This document shows positions 28,079-43,142 of a stretch of 64,000 nt of DNA, piece by piece. This stretch comes from Octopus sinensis (taxonomy: Eukaryota). How positions within the stretch are numbered: position 1 is the first letter of the stretch; every line of letters begins with the position of its first letter. The DNA is taken from positions 434,001 to 498,000 of the forward strand of contig NC_043026.1 of the NCBI RefSeq assembly GCF_006345805.1, given 5' to 3'. The position numbers and the translations under genes are program-made. Under the pieces are notes generated by a model. It was not told the origin of the DNA. It saw nothing but the letters and a program-made list of their open reading frames with translations, and did not search any database.

Positions 28079-29195
28079 TATACATATATATATTATATAT
28101 ATATATATTTATGTATATATATATATATGTATAAAATAATAATTTTTTGAGGGAATAAAATCCAAAACTTACAAGGAAAAAAAATTAAATTTAGAATACT
28201 AAATCAAATTTCACACAATATAATATATATATAAAAAATTAGAAAAAAAACCCACCTTTTACCAATTCAAAAGGAACAATTAAATTACACCATCTAGAAA
28301 TTACATATAATAGAAATATTTAATTAAAATAACAAAAATGTCAATGATTAAGTAAATTGCAACAAATAAAATAAAAACGTATATAATTTGTATATATATA
28401 TTATATATATATATATATAATATATATATATATGATTATAATGGTGGTTAATAGAAATCAATAATTTAAGCGTGGTTCATGTTATAGAAACAGTGATGGC
28501 AGTAATGATTCCATTGTTGTTGCTTGAGTTTTAACAACGGACGACACTTTGCAGCTGCTGTGGTGGTCGATTGCTGTGGCGTAATGTGGTGCTTCGTGGT
28601 GGATGTTTTGGTCTTGTTTCTGTACCAGTCCTTAGAGGGAAGCAGTTGAATAGAACAAAACAACAATGATGGCTGTGTGAAGTGGTAGGGTTAAGTCTCT
28701 GGAGTTGGTGTGCTGTTTAATAAAAGCTTTGGTTGTGACACTTGCAAAGATATCGACTCAGCCTGACGATGAGTATGGATATGTATATATACATATATAT
28801 ATATATTATATGCATACGTATGTATATGAGCGTGCATGGCATAGTGGTTAGGGTATTGCGTTCACTAGTGCGAGATCATGGTATATAAAGAATAAGGAAC
28901 ATTTTACTTAAAATATTGCAGCAAAGAATGACTTTACAGTTCTCATTTTAAAAATTATTGTATTATGGTACAAAACCGTTCAGCTAATTTGCTAGTTTGT
29001 CTAATTAGTCACTTTTTTCCGTATTTAAGGTAATAAATTAACCAAATTCAACTTAAATAAGTATAGTGTAAACTATAATGAGTTTTAATATTCAAACTAT
29101 AATGTAAACTATAATGAGTTTTAATATTCAAATATTAATTTTAGCTGCAATATTTTAAGTAAAAAGATTCTTCTTTACTTTGCATGAATAGCTTT

Positions 29196-29745
29196 CCTAT
29201 ACTTTTCCAGGTGTAATAACTTGTCCTGTACTTTTCCAGGTGTAATAACTTGTCCTGTACTTTTCCAGGGGTAATAACTTGTCCTATACTTTTCCAGGTG
29301 TAATAACTTGTCCTGTACTTTTCCAGGTGTAATAACTTGTCCTGTACTTTTCCAGGTGTAATAACTTGTCCTGTACTTTTCCAGGTGTAATAACTTGTCC
29401 TGTACTTTTCCAGGTGTAATAACTTGTCCTGTACTTTTCCAGGTTTATAATCTTAAGAATATTATTTTTCATGCTTGCATGAAATAAGTAATAACTTGTC
29501 CTATACTTTTCCAGGTGTAATAACTTGTCCTGTACTTTTCCATGTGTAATAACTTGTCCTATACTTTTCCAGGTGTAATAACTTGTCCTATACTTTTCCA
29601 GGTGTAATAACTTGTCCTGTACTTTTCCAGGTGTAATAACTTGTCCTATACTTTTCCAGGGGTAATAACTTGTCCTATACTTTTCCAGGTGTAATAACTT
29701 GTCCTGTACTTTTCCAGGTGTAATAACTTGTCCTGTACTTTTCCA
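29196..29745. repeat. 29-bp minisatellite in two blocks
   Basis: Unit TACTTTTCCAGGTGTAATAACTTGTCCT(G/A); both blocks end in TTTATAATCTTAAGAATATTA.TTTTCATGCT.GCAT. Confidence 0.95.
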
Positions 29746-30426
29746 GGTTTATAATCTTAAGAATATTACTTTTCATGCTCGCATTTTTCCATGTAATCCA
29801 GGATCTTTCCAGGCATTGCGGTCATAAGATAATTAATAATGTATCAATTAATTATTTAAAATTATAACTTATAAAATACTGAAAGATAATATTTCAATTT
29901 TTTACATATTTAATTTAAATACATGCTGTGATTAAATTATTTGATATTACCCATCCAAACTAAATTAATGGCAGGTATTTTTACCAGGTTGTAGGTTGCA
30001 CCATGGCTCACCAAGTTACATGCAACAAGACCCCCAAAACCAACCCGACCGGAGTAAAGTATGGCTGAACTTAGAACCTTGTGAAGAGAATGCAAATCCT
30101 TAATTCGTAAGCTATAAATGATCAAGATATTTGTGATTATTAAAATCTGCGAGGAAATTCTTGAAATTTAAAGGATGATAGTAAACTCAAGATGTTTTCC
30201 TTCACAACCTTGCTACGAAATTGGTGAAAGGTCAAAGTTTATTCGAAAATTAAAAAAGAGAAGACATACAAACATCATCGAATCAAGCAGAAGAGAATCC
30301 CGAAGTCAGTCAATGTTGGATCGAATGTTAATTGTGGCGAGGAGGTGTATGTGTGTGTGTGTGGGGTGGCATTGATCAGTTGAATTGTGAGCATTGGTGG
30401 TGGTCGACTTGGGATCGGCCGATAGC

Positions 30427-30475
<49 letters not shown>

Positions 30476-30521
30476 GTTAACACTCAGAATAGCGATGGGT
30501 GTGGATATCCTGCGATCGATA

Positions 30522-30574
30522 TTAGTTCGGTTTCATTCGAATGAATATGGCCATGGAATCAGCTGTTCCATATC
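30522..30574 (-). CDS. Gene 2, terminal coding exon
   Basis: tttcag|GA TAT GGA...AAC TAA; (G)YGTADSMAIFIRMKPN*. The phase-1 acceptor matches the previous donor, and the exon is duplicated at 60917-60969. Confidence 0.85.
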
Positions 30575-30621
30575 CTGAAAGTAACAACATCACCATCATT
30601 ATCATTGTCGTCATCATCACC

Positions 30622-30655
<34 letters not shown>

Positions 30656-30670
30656 ACAACAACATCGTCG

Positions 30671-30730
<60 letters not shown>

Positions 30731-31355
30731 CACGTATACACACATACAGACAGAAGCATACCCCCTCCTTACAACACACACACACATATCCTGAACCCAG
30801 TTAGCAACATGTACTAATATGACAGAGGGGGGAGAAAGGGAGAGGGAAAGACATTACATTTGTAGTATGAGGGACGAAGTACCATCCACCTTCCTCTCAG
30901 GTTCTCTTGCAGCGTGGACTTACATCTGAAAACACCCTAACCGCCTAACCCCTGGCCAAAACCTAAAGTTAAATTCCCTCTAGAACGTATGTCCACGCAC
31001 GTCAGTAGAGCCCGACCACCCCGAAGCAAAGAGGTCCTACTTCGCTTTTACCTCATCCTCCACAACATATAACTAGAAGAGAGAGAGAGAGAGGGAGGGA
31101 ACGAGACAGACAGACAGATAGATAGACAGAGAATAAAATGGCTGAGTGAACGGAAGAAGCATTAAAACGAGACAAACATTAAAACGCGTCTAATGTGAAA
31201 TAAATCGGCGTCGAATGAGAGACGCTGAACAGACGGCGCCAAAATGACCGTAGTTCCCTACGCCGCATACACAATAGACTCAGCTCAATCTAACTCACTG
31301 AAACTTCGAAACAGAAAGCCAAGATAATAAAATAGACAGACGACGAAATACTTAC

Positions 31356-31516
31356 CGTTATGCCATATGGTTTTCGACTTTGTGTTGGAGTATAAGATTG
31401 CAGGGAATAGCTTAATTTTTCCCAACCACATACATGAATTTTTCATTAATAGACAACCAGCCGGTATCTCCGTGACATGCGTATGAAAAGCTGACACATA
31501 GAATCGGCGGATCTTT
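31356..31516 (-). CDS. Gene 2, fourth coding exon (three 1-nt deletions relative to the gene 2/gene 3 consensus)
   Basis: ctacag|AAAGATC...CATAACG|gtaagt; 161 nt versus 164 in the consensus. Corrected read: KIRRFYVSAFHNACHGDTGWLSINEKFHVCGWEKLSYFPAILYSNTKSKTIWHN. Confidence 0.85.
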
Positions 31517-32084
31517 CTGTAGAGAGAAAAAAATATAAAAGGGCTGGTTTCAGATCTTTTTGCTGTTTAACCTCCGCAATGTGCATTACTTTATCTGGAA
31601 AGGCATTTATTAATGTCAACGAAGTACAAAACTCTAATCTTCTGCTAAGTAAAATTCCCTGACTTAAATATACATGTTGTAGCGCTCCAGCCATTTCGTG
31701 AAGGCCTCATGAGTAACAGTTTTATGATCTTTTTGCAGCTGTGATAAAATATCATATTGCTCTACCTTCGGTATTCGAATACTATTTTATCCACCTTGTT
31801 TCACAATTTATGTGCTTACTTGTGCATGTATGTATGTATGCATGTATGTATGTATGTATGTATGTATGTATGTATGTATGATGTATGTATGTATGTGTAT
31901 GTATGTGTATGTATGCATCTATGTATGTATGTATGTGTATGTATGTGTATGTATGTGTATGTATGTGTATGTATGTGTATGTATGTGTATGTATTTGTGG
32001 GGGTTTATGTTTGAATGTGTGCACGTTTGTTCCCCACTATCGCTTGACAACCGGTGTTGCTGTGTTTACGTTCCCGTAACTTGG

Positions 32085-32575
<491 letters not shown>

Positions 32576-32854
32576 TTTATGCAAACATAATCTTTAAATA
32601 ATAATCTGTATATAAAAAATTATTCGTGCAAAGAATATAATGCAAAATTTATTTTCGATTTCGAAAATAAATTCAAAATAACTCGTGACGAATGCTCTGT
32701 ATGAGGAATTTCGGAGAGAAGGAAAAGAATTGAGAACATCCATCTTGGACTTAACTTTCATTTTTTCTTTTTCTTAAGCGGTTCTGAAAGGGATTAAATT
32801 TGAACCCGGAATCTAAAGCCAATTGAGTAATATGAAGTGATAATGATGACCTAC

Positions 32855-33018
32855 CCAACGCCCGTTATTGAGAAATGATTTTGGGGGCTCGTTGCCAGAT
32901 CGTCCCATGGGGAACTTTTCAGGTTTTTAGCAGAGAACCAGTTTTCAAGAGTTGTATTTCGTCCATTAAACACCATTGTTACTACGGCTGTTTCCTTTTT
33001 GTATAACACAAGTTTCAC
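32855..33018 (-). CDS. Gene 2, third coding exon
   Basis: tttcag|GTGAAA...GTTGG|gtaggt, 164 nt. VKLVLYKKETAVVTMVFNGRNTTLENWFSAKNLKSSPWDDLATSPQNHFSITGV. Confidence 0.9.
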
Positions 33019-33136
33019 CTGAAAACAACAACAAAAAAATTTTTACATTGCAAGTTTTACATGCGCATGCCTGTTTGTATGTGTGTGTGCATGTGAATGT
33101 AGGTACGAGTATGTATGCGTGTATGTGTGTGTATAT

Positions 33137-33206
<70 letters not shown>

Positions 33207-33574
33207 ATTCAAATAAACAAAACGGATACCTGCATTACCTCTGGATATCTTTGTTGCTTATTTTGATTTTAATCACCTTACTTTGAAATTGCATGGATAA
33301 TACTATACTGAATTCTGGTGCCTCAACCTAAGTACCATAGCTATTCTTGCTGCAATAGTGACAACATGAAATTCTTCCGTCCTCTTGCTCGGTTAAAGTA
33401 TTTAAGAAAAATTACATTAATATATGTTGTCTGTTAAAAATCAATATTTCTTGCAGCTGAAGATAGCGCTGTATTTAAATTGTTCTAATGACTATATTTT
33501 TCAATTAAATGGAGCTGCAGTACGACCTCCAATGCAAGACTACATGAGTCTCTAGTGACCTTTAACGAAAGAGA

Positions 33575-33990
33575 GTTCTACTGTTACGATCAAGAGACGA
33601 AGAGACAAAGTGTCCAATGAAAATAACTTGTCTCCTTCAGACCCAAGAAGGCCAGGCGAAGCAAGTCCAGTGGGAAGCTCATGATCACCCCCCTTCTACG
33701 ACAGCAGTGGCATCATCTACGTCTACTGGATTCCCTCTGGCCAAGAGATCAAACAAGTACGTTGAGGAGATTTTGAGGGAGCCCACGAAGAGATTTCGTC
33801 GTAAACGTCCGGAGCCCTTCGGTTCCTGCCGGTAGCACCTTCACCAGTACAATGTACCAATGCACAATCCATCCTGGTAATCAACTATGTTACAGAGAGG
33901 GCAAACTGTCTTTCAAACTGTCTTTCACCGTCTCTGTAATTTAGAACATGCTCCCTGTGACTTTCGGTAGTTCCCGAAGATGAAACGCTG
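33575..33990 (+). mobile_element. Mariner (DD34D-type) transposase remnant
   Basis: Degenerate translation CYDQETKRQS...RPKKARRSKSSGKLMI..YDSSGIIY..IPSGQEI...RFRRKRP...HLHQYN.PMH...APCDF..FPKMK, with stops and frameshifts. Confidence 0.8.
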
Positions 33991-34029
33991 AAGTAGGACT
34001 TAGGGAGCAGGTCGTTTTGAGGATGAAGG

Positions 34030-34295
34030 AGTGGATTTTGTAGACGGAAACTGAAAGAATCCCGTCGTATATATATAATATATGTATATGTTTGTGTGTC
34101 TGTGTTTGTCCCGGCAACATCGCTTGACAACCGATGTTGTTGTGTTTACGTCCCTCGTCATTTAGCGGCTCGGTATGAAGACCGATAGAATAAGTACTAG
34201 CTTAAAAAATAAGTCCTGGGGTCGATTTGCTCGACTAAGGGCAGTGCTCCAGCATGGCCGCAGTCAAATGACTGAAACAAATAAAAGACTATAAG
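34030..34295 (+). mobile_element. SINE (family A) 3' part
   Basis: GGATTTTGTAGACGGAAACTGAAAG...CAGCATGGCCGCAGTCAAATGACTGAAAC. Confidence 0.8.
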
Positions 34296-34972
34296 AATAC
34301 ACCCACACCCACACACATATATATACACACACATCCACACACATATATATACACACACACCACACACATATATATACACACAACATATATAATATATATA
34401 ACATTGATCAAAGTGTACAGTTTATACATACATTACAGACGATCTAACCCATCGGTTTCTCAATAGGGGTTCAATGGTGTGTTAGGTAAGAGACCGATCT
34501 ATTATGTACCCCACACTCTACAAAGATATTGTTAAACATCGAATATGGCGACCTTTCTCGATTGTTGGAGGTGAACAGACACATCTAGCTTGTCGTTGCT
34601 TTAAAAAACATGACTGGCTCCTTCAGTTTCCGTCTACCTTGCTGGAGGTTTGCCAAACGACGAGAGATTTGGGGTAAAACATATGGAAAATATGCGTATG
34701 CTTTAGGGCTGATGTTCTTGTAAAAAGGGAATGTTCGTAGTATTAATATACGTGCAGCCTTTTAGTGTATAGTGTACTCAAAAGTCACATAGGCAACTTA
34801 GTTCGTTAGTAGTTCCTTCTCTTTTACCTTTTATGATTTGGTTATAACCTTTGGTAATTCTATTGGGACATTTATGTATGGGCGGCAGAATAAAAAAAAT
34901 CTCTTTGCTTCAACATGTACATAGTTTGTATGTGCTTGTGTGTTGTGTGTGTGTGTGTGTGGTGTGTGTGTG

Positions 34973-35007
<35 letters not shown>

Positions 35008-35008
35008 G

Positions 35009-35041
<33 letters not shown>

Positions 35042-35379
35042 TGGTGTGGTGTGTTTTGTGTGTGCGTGTGTGTGTGTGTGTGTGGTGTGTGTGTGTGTTG
35101 TGTGTGTGCGTGCGTGTGTTTGTGTACGTATATGTATATATATATATATATATATAATATATATATATATATATTATATATGTATGTGTGGAGGCGCAAT
35201 GGCCCAGTGGTTACGACAGGATCGCGGTTTCGACTCCCAGGCCGGGCGTTGTTAGTGTTTATTGAGCGAGAACGCGTAAAAAAGCTCCACAAGGCTCCGG
35301 CAAGGTGTGGTGATCCCTGCTGTACTCTTTCACCACTCTTTCACCACTCTTTCTTCTGTTAGCCTGCTCGCTTACGTGA

Positions 35380-36369
35380 TGTATATATGTAAGTATGTAT
35401 GTATGTGTGTATGTATGTATGTATGTTTGTATGTATGTATGTATGTGTGTATGTATGTATGTATGTATGTATGTATGTTTGTATGTATGTGTGTTTGTAT
35501 GCATGTATGTATGTATGTATGTATGTATGTATGTATGTATGTATGTATGTGTGTATGTATGCATGTATGTATGTTTGTATGTATGTATGTATGTATGTAT
35601 GTATGTTTGTATGTATGTATGTATGTTTGTATGTATGTGTGTTTGTATGCATGTATGTATGTATGTATGTATGTATGTATGTATGTATGTTTGTATGTAT
35701 GTGTGTTTGTATGCATGTATGTATGTTTGTATGTATGTATGTATGTATGTATGTGTGTATGTATGTATGTATGTATGTATGTAAGCATGTATGTATGTAT
35801 GTATGTTTGTATGTATGTGTGTTTGTATGTATGTATGTATGTATGTATGTATGTATGTATGTATGTATGTATGTATGCATGTTTGTATGTATGTATGTAG
35901 TATGTGTGTATGTATGTGTGTATGTATGTATGTATGTATGTATGTATGCATGTATGTATGTATGTATGTATGTATGTTATGTTGTGTGTATGTAGTGTGT
36001 ATGTAGTGTGTATGTATGTGTGTATGATGTATGTATGTATGTATGCAGTATGTATGTATGTATGTATGTATGTCTGTATGTGTGTATGTATGTATGTGTT
36101 TGTATGTTGTTTGTATGTATGTATGTATGTATGTATGTATGTGTGTATGTATGTGTGTATGTATGTGTGTATGTATGTGTGTATGTATGTATGTATGCAT
36201 GTATGTATGTATGTATGTATGTATGTATGCATGTTTGTATGTATGTATGTATGTATGTATGTATGTATGTATGTATGTGTGTATGTATATGTGTATGTAT
36301 GTGTGTATGTATGTGTGTATGTATGTATGTATGCATGTATGTATGCATGTATGTATGTATGTATGTATG

Positions 36370-36403
<34 letters not shown>

Positions 36404-37364
36404 TGTATGTATGTATGTATGTATGTATGTATGTATGTTTGTATGTATGTATGTATGTATGTGTGTATGTATGTATGTATGTAGTATGTATGTGTATGTT
36501 TGTATGTATGTGTGTTGTATGCATGTATGTATGGTATGTATGTATGTATGTATGTATGTTTGTATGTATGTGTGTTTGTATGCATGTATGTATGTTTGTA
36601 TGTATGTATGTATGTATGTGTGTATGTATGTATGTGTGTATGTATGTATGTATGTATGTATGTATGTATGTATGTTTGTATGTATGTGTGTTTGTATGCA
36701 TGTATGTATGTATGTATGTATGTATGTATGTATGTATGTATGTATGTATGTATGCATGTTTGTATGTATGTATGTATGTATGTGTGTATGTATGTGTGTA
36801 TGTATGTATGTATGTATGTATGTATGCATGTATGTATGTATGTATGTATGTATGTATGTATGTATGTGTATGTATGTATGTATGTATGTATGTATGCATG
36901 TATGTATGTATGTATGTATGTATGTATGTGTGTATGTATGTATGTATGTTTGTATGTATGTATGTATGTATGTATGTATGTATGTATGTATGTGTGTATG
37001 TATGTGTGTATATATGTGTGTATGTATGTGTGTATGTATGTATGTATGCATGTATGTATGTATGTATGTATGTATGCATGTTTGTATGTATGTATGTATG
37101 TATGTATGTATGTATGTATGTATGTATGTGTTGTATGTATGTGGTATGTATGTGTGTATGTATGTGTGTATGTATGTATGTATGCATGTATGTATGCATG
37201 TATGTATGCATGTATGTATGCATGTATGTATGTATGTATGTATGTATGTATGTATGTATGTATGTATGTATGTGTGTATGTATGTTTGTATGTATGTGTG
37301 TATGTATGTATGTATGCATGTATGTATGTATGTATGTATGCATGTATGCATGTTTGTATGTATG

Positions 37365-37395
<31 letters not shown>

Positions 37396-37504
37396 GTATG
37401 TATGTATGTGTGTATGTATGTATGCATGTATGTATGTATGTATGTATGCATGTATGTATGTATGTATGTAAGTATGTATGTATGTATGTATGTATGTATT
37501 TATG

Positions 37505-37535
<31 letters not shown>

Positions 37536-37596
37536 GTATGTATGTATGTGTGTATGTATGTATGTATGTATGTATGTGTGTATGTATGTATGTATG

Positions 37597-37627
<31 letters not shown>

Positions 37628-37920
37628 GTATGTATGTATGTGTGTATGTATGTATGCATGTATGTATGTATGTATGTATGTATGTATGTATGTATGTATG
37701 TGTGTATGTATGTATGTGTGTATGTATGTATGTATGTATGTATGTATGTGTGTATGTATGTATGTATGTATGTATGTATGTATTTATGTATGTATGTATG
37801 TATGTACGTATGTATGTATGTATGTATGTATGTATGTATGTATGTGTGTATGTATGTATGTATGTATGTATGTGTGTATGTATGTATGCATGTATGTATG
37901 TATGTATGTATGTATGTATA
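35380..37920. repeat. 2.5-kb (TATG)n array
   Basis: TATG with TTTG/CATG/TGTG variants. Confidence 0.97.
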
Positions 37921-38395
37921 AACAAAACTATTGAAAAGGTTGCAAGACGCAACGAAATTTTAGAAAAATAATGAAATATGTTGAAATTTTTCCGGTGTGT
38001 GTTAAATTCTAAGGCATCAGAGGAGAATGACTCTCCCCAGACACAACAGTATATATAAACACTTTATAAATATAAGAGCAAAAATTAATTACCCTATCCT
38101 CGAAAATGTACATGTGGGTATGTGTGCGTATGCATATGTGCATATATACAAAGATTAATATATATTGATATATAAATAGCATATATATATGTATATACAC
38201 AGACACACAATTATGGAGGTTTAGTTCACGTGTGAGCTAAACGATTAGGTACGCTAGATAAGTGCTGTAACGGATTACTAGGGCTCCGAGGTTGTAGCCG
38301 AGACGGTAGTTATGGAGCCATTGTAAATTTCCGATATAGAGGATAGTCAAATGTATATGACTTGAGATGCTTTGACGTTTGTTGTCCTCTTTAAC

Positions 38396-38429
<34 letters not shown>

Positions 38430-38435
<6 letters not shown>

Positions 38436-39268
38436 AAGGTTTGAAAATGCAATTTAAACGATGTTTATTTACTTAACCGGTTTCACTCTTTGGTAAAAGA
38501 TTGTCAAAAGTAACATTGAATATTATGGGTTCAAAAAAAGTTTTTTACATAATTGTCACATTGAATATTATGAATTCAAAAATGTTTTTTTATACATAAT
38601 TGTCACATTACATGTATAAATATAGTATAAAAAAGTTCAATAGTGTGATGAGAATATTTGGAAAAATTGGCAGAAAAGAATAAAACAAATATATTATTGG
38701 AAATTTGGTTGCGTTAATTATTGGTTGTCGCAAATTGTCACATTACATGTATATATATACAGTCTTTGGTAGAAAGGACATGTTAAAGGCATAAGGAAGT
38801 GGAATAGTTTGGTGAGAAAGCTTGTAATATTGACAAAGAAAATTAAAATGGATATTTTAGACATCTCAGAATATTTTGAATCGAAGGCGAGAATTTGTTT
38901 TTTCTGACCTGTTGTTTTAGCAGAAAAGTTGAATTGAGAGAAAAAAAGATATGTACCCAATTTGGTTTATATACTTCCCCTTCAAGCATCAGTGATTTTG
39001 GGGTTTATTGGGAGGTGAGTATGCGGGTGTGAATAGATGTGTCCGTGTGCCTGCTGGTCAGACAGCGTCTGTTTGTCACACACATATATACCACACCACA
39101 CAACAACAATACACACACACATAGTATACACACACACACCCACATACCAAAACACACACACCACAGAACACACACACACACACAACGCACCCACATATAT
39201 AATATATACACACAGCACACAAATATAACATGTATAACATATATATGTGTATGTATTTACATGTTATT

Positions 39269-39309
<41 letters not shown>

Positions 39310-39502
39310 CTGTGTGTGTATATGCATGGTATGTGTGTATATGTGAGTACATTGTTTGTGTGTGTGTGCGGTATGTAGAGATATATTTGAGTGTGTACGC
39401 TATAGTATGTATTTTGTGTGTGTGGGTGTGTGTATGAATTTTATATATATATGTGTGTGTATGTGTGTGAAAAATATATGTATGTGCATGTATGTATGTA
39501 TG

Positions 39503-39533
<31 letters not shown>

Positions 39534-40972
39534 GTTGTGTATATATATATATGTGGTGTGTATGTGTGTGTGTTATATATATTTTCATGTATATGTGTGT
39601 ATAAACATGTGCATTATTTTGCATGCGCATTGTGTATATGTATATTGTATGTATGTGTATTGTATATGTATGTGTACAATTAAGTGTATATATGTGTGTA
39701 TGTGTGCATTGTATATATGTATATTGTAAGTGTGCTATATATACTTGAATACATGTATATACGTTTCGTGTATATATATGTATGCATTGTGTATGTATGT
39801 TATGTGTGTGTGTGTCTATATATATTATTGTATGCGTAGTGTATGTGTATGCATTGTATGTATGTATATTGTGTGTTATGTGGTTTATCTATGTATGTGT
39901 ATGTAAACACTATTTATATGTATATATGTATATATGTATATGCATTGTCTATATATATATATATTATATGTATGTATTGCGTATGTATATTGCATGCATA
40001 TATTGTGTATGTGTATTATATACATGCTGTGTATGTGTATTGTATGTGTATATATATGCTAGGTGTATTTGTGTGATATTTATATTATGTATATATGTGT
40101 GCGTGTGTTGTGTGTGTGTGTGTGTGTGTGTTGTGTGTGTATGTGTTATATATGTGTGTATATTATATATAAATACATGTTATATTTGTGTGCTGTGTGT
40201 ATATATTATATATGTGGGTGCGTTGTGTGTGTGTGTGTTCTCTGTGTGTGTGTTGTGTGTATGTGGTGTGTGTGTATACTATGTGTGTGTGTGTATTGTT
40301 GTTGTGTGTGTGTGTATATATGTGTGTGACAAACAGACGCTGTCTGACCAGCAGGCACACGGACACATCTATTCACACCCGCATACTCACCTCCCAATAA
40401 CCCCAAAATCACTGATGCTTGAAGGGGAAGTATAAACCAAATTGGGTACATATCTTTTTTTCTCTCAATTCAACTTTCTGCTAAAACAAACAGTCAGTAA
40501 AAAACAAATTATCGCCTTCGATTCAAATATTCTGAGATGTCTAAAATAATCCATTTTAATTTCTCTGTCAATATTACAAGCTTTCTCACCAAACTATTCC
40601 ACTTCCTTATGTCTTTAACATGTCCTTTCTACCAAAGACTGTATATATATACATGTAATGTGACAATTTGCGACAACCAATAATTAACGCAACCAAATTT
40701 CCATAATATATTTGTTTTATTCTTTTCTGCCAATTTTTCCAATTATTCTCATCACACTATTGAACTTTTTTATACTATATTTATACATGTAATGTGACAA
40801 TTATGTATAAAAAAACATTTTGAATTCATAATATTCAATGTGACAATTATGTAAAAACTTTTTTTGAACCCATAATATTCAATGTTACTTTTGACAATCT
40901 TTTACCAAAGAGTGAAACCGTTTTAGGTAAAATAAACATCGTTTAAATTGCATTTTCAACCTTTTTTTCATA
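38430..40972. repeat. Long inverted repeat (~810-bp arms, ~900-bp low-complexity spacer)
   Basis: 38430-39240 is the reverse complement of 40165-40972, differing mostly by 1-nt indels. Confidence 0.92.
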
Positions 40973-41038
40973 TATAATCCCACTCGTGCGATACCCCCAC
41001 AACTCAACTTTTATATATATATATATAATATATTATAT

Positions 41039-41088
<50 letters not shown>

Positions 41089-41098
41089 ATTTATATAT

Positions 41099-41148
<50 letters not shown>

Positions 41149-42428
41149 ATATATTATATATATTATTATAAAAGGCAGATTTTATCTGCCTCCCTTTGTC
41201 TCTTATAGAAATCTACAATATAGGAGTTCTTCAATAACAATTTACCTAGCATTTTTAAGAGTAGAATAAATCGGGTCATGCCAGGTCCAGTTTTTCAAAT
41301 TTCAACCCCAATTAAGCAAAATTTAGAAAAAACTCACATTGTGGTGCGTAAGTCAAGTGCTTTTCTTATTGTGGGCTACAGCACACGCACACACACACAC
41401 ACAAAAACGGAGCGATCTGCTTCACTCACGCAATCACCCTAATTTCTCCCACTTTCTCTTTGCAAGTGTACCTTAAACCACTACTAAAAAAAAACACAGC
41501 AAACAGAAACAAATAAATACATAACGATTTACTCCTCACACAATTTCTTCAATTAGAGTTTACCTATGATTTTTCAAAGTACTTCCATTCGGTCATGCCA
41601 TACAAAATTTCTTTCAATTTCACCCCCAATTAAGACAAAATTCGAGAAAACTCAATATTTTAACATTTCACTCCGAAAGCATTGATGTACATGTGTGCGT
41701 GCGTGAGTGTGTGTGTGTGTGTGTTTGATGGGATGTGCGACACAGAAAGTGAGGTGTGTAAGTGAAGTGGTTTTGTTAGTGTGTGTAAAGAGACAGAGAG
41801 AGTACACATACCTACGTACACCTAAAGCACGCACACACACACACAAGCGGAGCGCGAACTTCAAAAGAACTTCGCGCGTTATTTATCTGGTTTGCCATTC
41901 CTCACACACACGCATACACATACATATATGACAGTGACAAACACAAACGTTTCAAACAACAACAAACAAACACGTGTGTGTTTGTTATTAGTAAAAAAGG
42001 CGCCAAACACAACTCACTTCTCATTCCAACACATTTGCAAAAACACACCGACGGTCGAATTGCCATAACAATACAGAAAAGGTAAATTGGTTTTTAATTA
42101 ACTTTCTGTCGTTAAATTTTGGTAGTATTAATTGACGAGCCGAGCTTCTTTCAGTATATATTTATACATACATAAATATATACACATATTCTGTATATAT
42201 TTTATTATATAATATTATATATAGATATATGTATATATAATTGCAGTATGAAACAGTGTTTATGTATAAACAGACGACACTTACATATAGTTATTAATAA
42301 ATGTATGCATCCGTTTAAAAGAAAAACCAAAAAATATTTTATTCTTTATAAATGTTGTGTTCAAAATAACATTTTCTTTTAAGAATGTGTATATAACAAA
42401 GTATGTGTATATAACTACGTGGCTTATA

Positions 42429-42835
42429 TCTTTATATATAAAAGTGAAGTTGTGTGTCTGTCTCCTACGATTTAGATTCCTAACTACTCCCACATTTTGC
42501 GGTGCAGTTTAACCAAAAGCGGGTATCTTATAGTCGTGATTCATATCGAGCTCTTCTGGGTATTAGCGCGCGTCTACGATGAGTCTACGATTAGTCTACG
42601 ATTAAAAAAAAATTACCATCATATTTTTCCATTTTAATGCATTTTTTCGCTATTATATAAGGGAAGTAACTCTCTAAAAATATCTACGATGTGTCAATGA
42701 TTTAAAAAAAAATTTACCTTAATTTTTTTTTCATTTTTAATGCACTTTTTTGCTATATTTTGGCTATAACTCTCTAAAAATGCTTATATAGTTATTTCCC
42801 TTACAAACCCGAGCAGCGCCGGGCGATACTGCTAG
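42429..42835 (+). mobile_element. Non-autonomous Helitron
   Basis: A|TC start; 3' GC-rich hairpin CCCGAGCAGCGCCGGG then CTAG|T; no TSD. Confidence 0.7.
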
Positions 42836-43142
42836 TATATTAATAAAAGGAGTTCCAACCTTGTCTGATTTTTACGTTTTATTTACTATCTTATAATGAT
42901 ATAATATAAGATAATGGATAATGATAAATGTTCATTCTGATTGAACTAGTACTTTCATGCCTTAAATTCTGCAATCTTCAGGTTCATGTAGTAGTGGTGA
43001 CAGTCATACTTCACAATTTTTGACTGTAGCGAGATGATTAAATCTGTGCCTTAAATACAGCTGTGTGGGCTCCAGATTGCTAGGCATTGCAAACTGTATT
43101 CTGACCAATCAGTGAGTAGTATCACTCAATTATATATATATA

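Noticed and set aside
35259-37971. 500-730-aa HTYI/MYVC ORFs
   Set aside because: Translations of a (TATG)n tetranucleotide array.
41160-42150. Additional Helitron-like element
   Set aside because: Internal repeats are visible but no clear TC start or hairpin-CTRR end could be identified.
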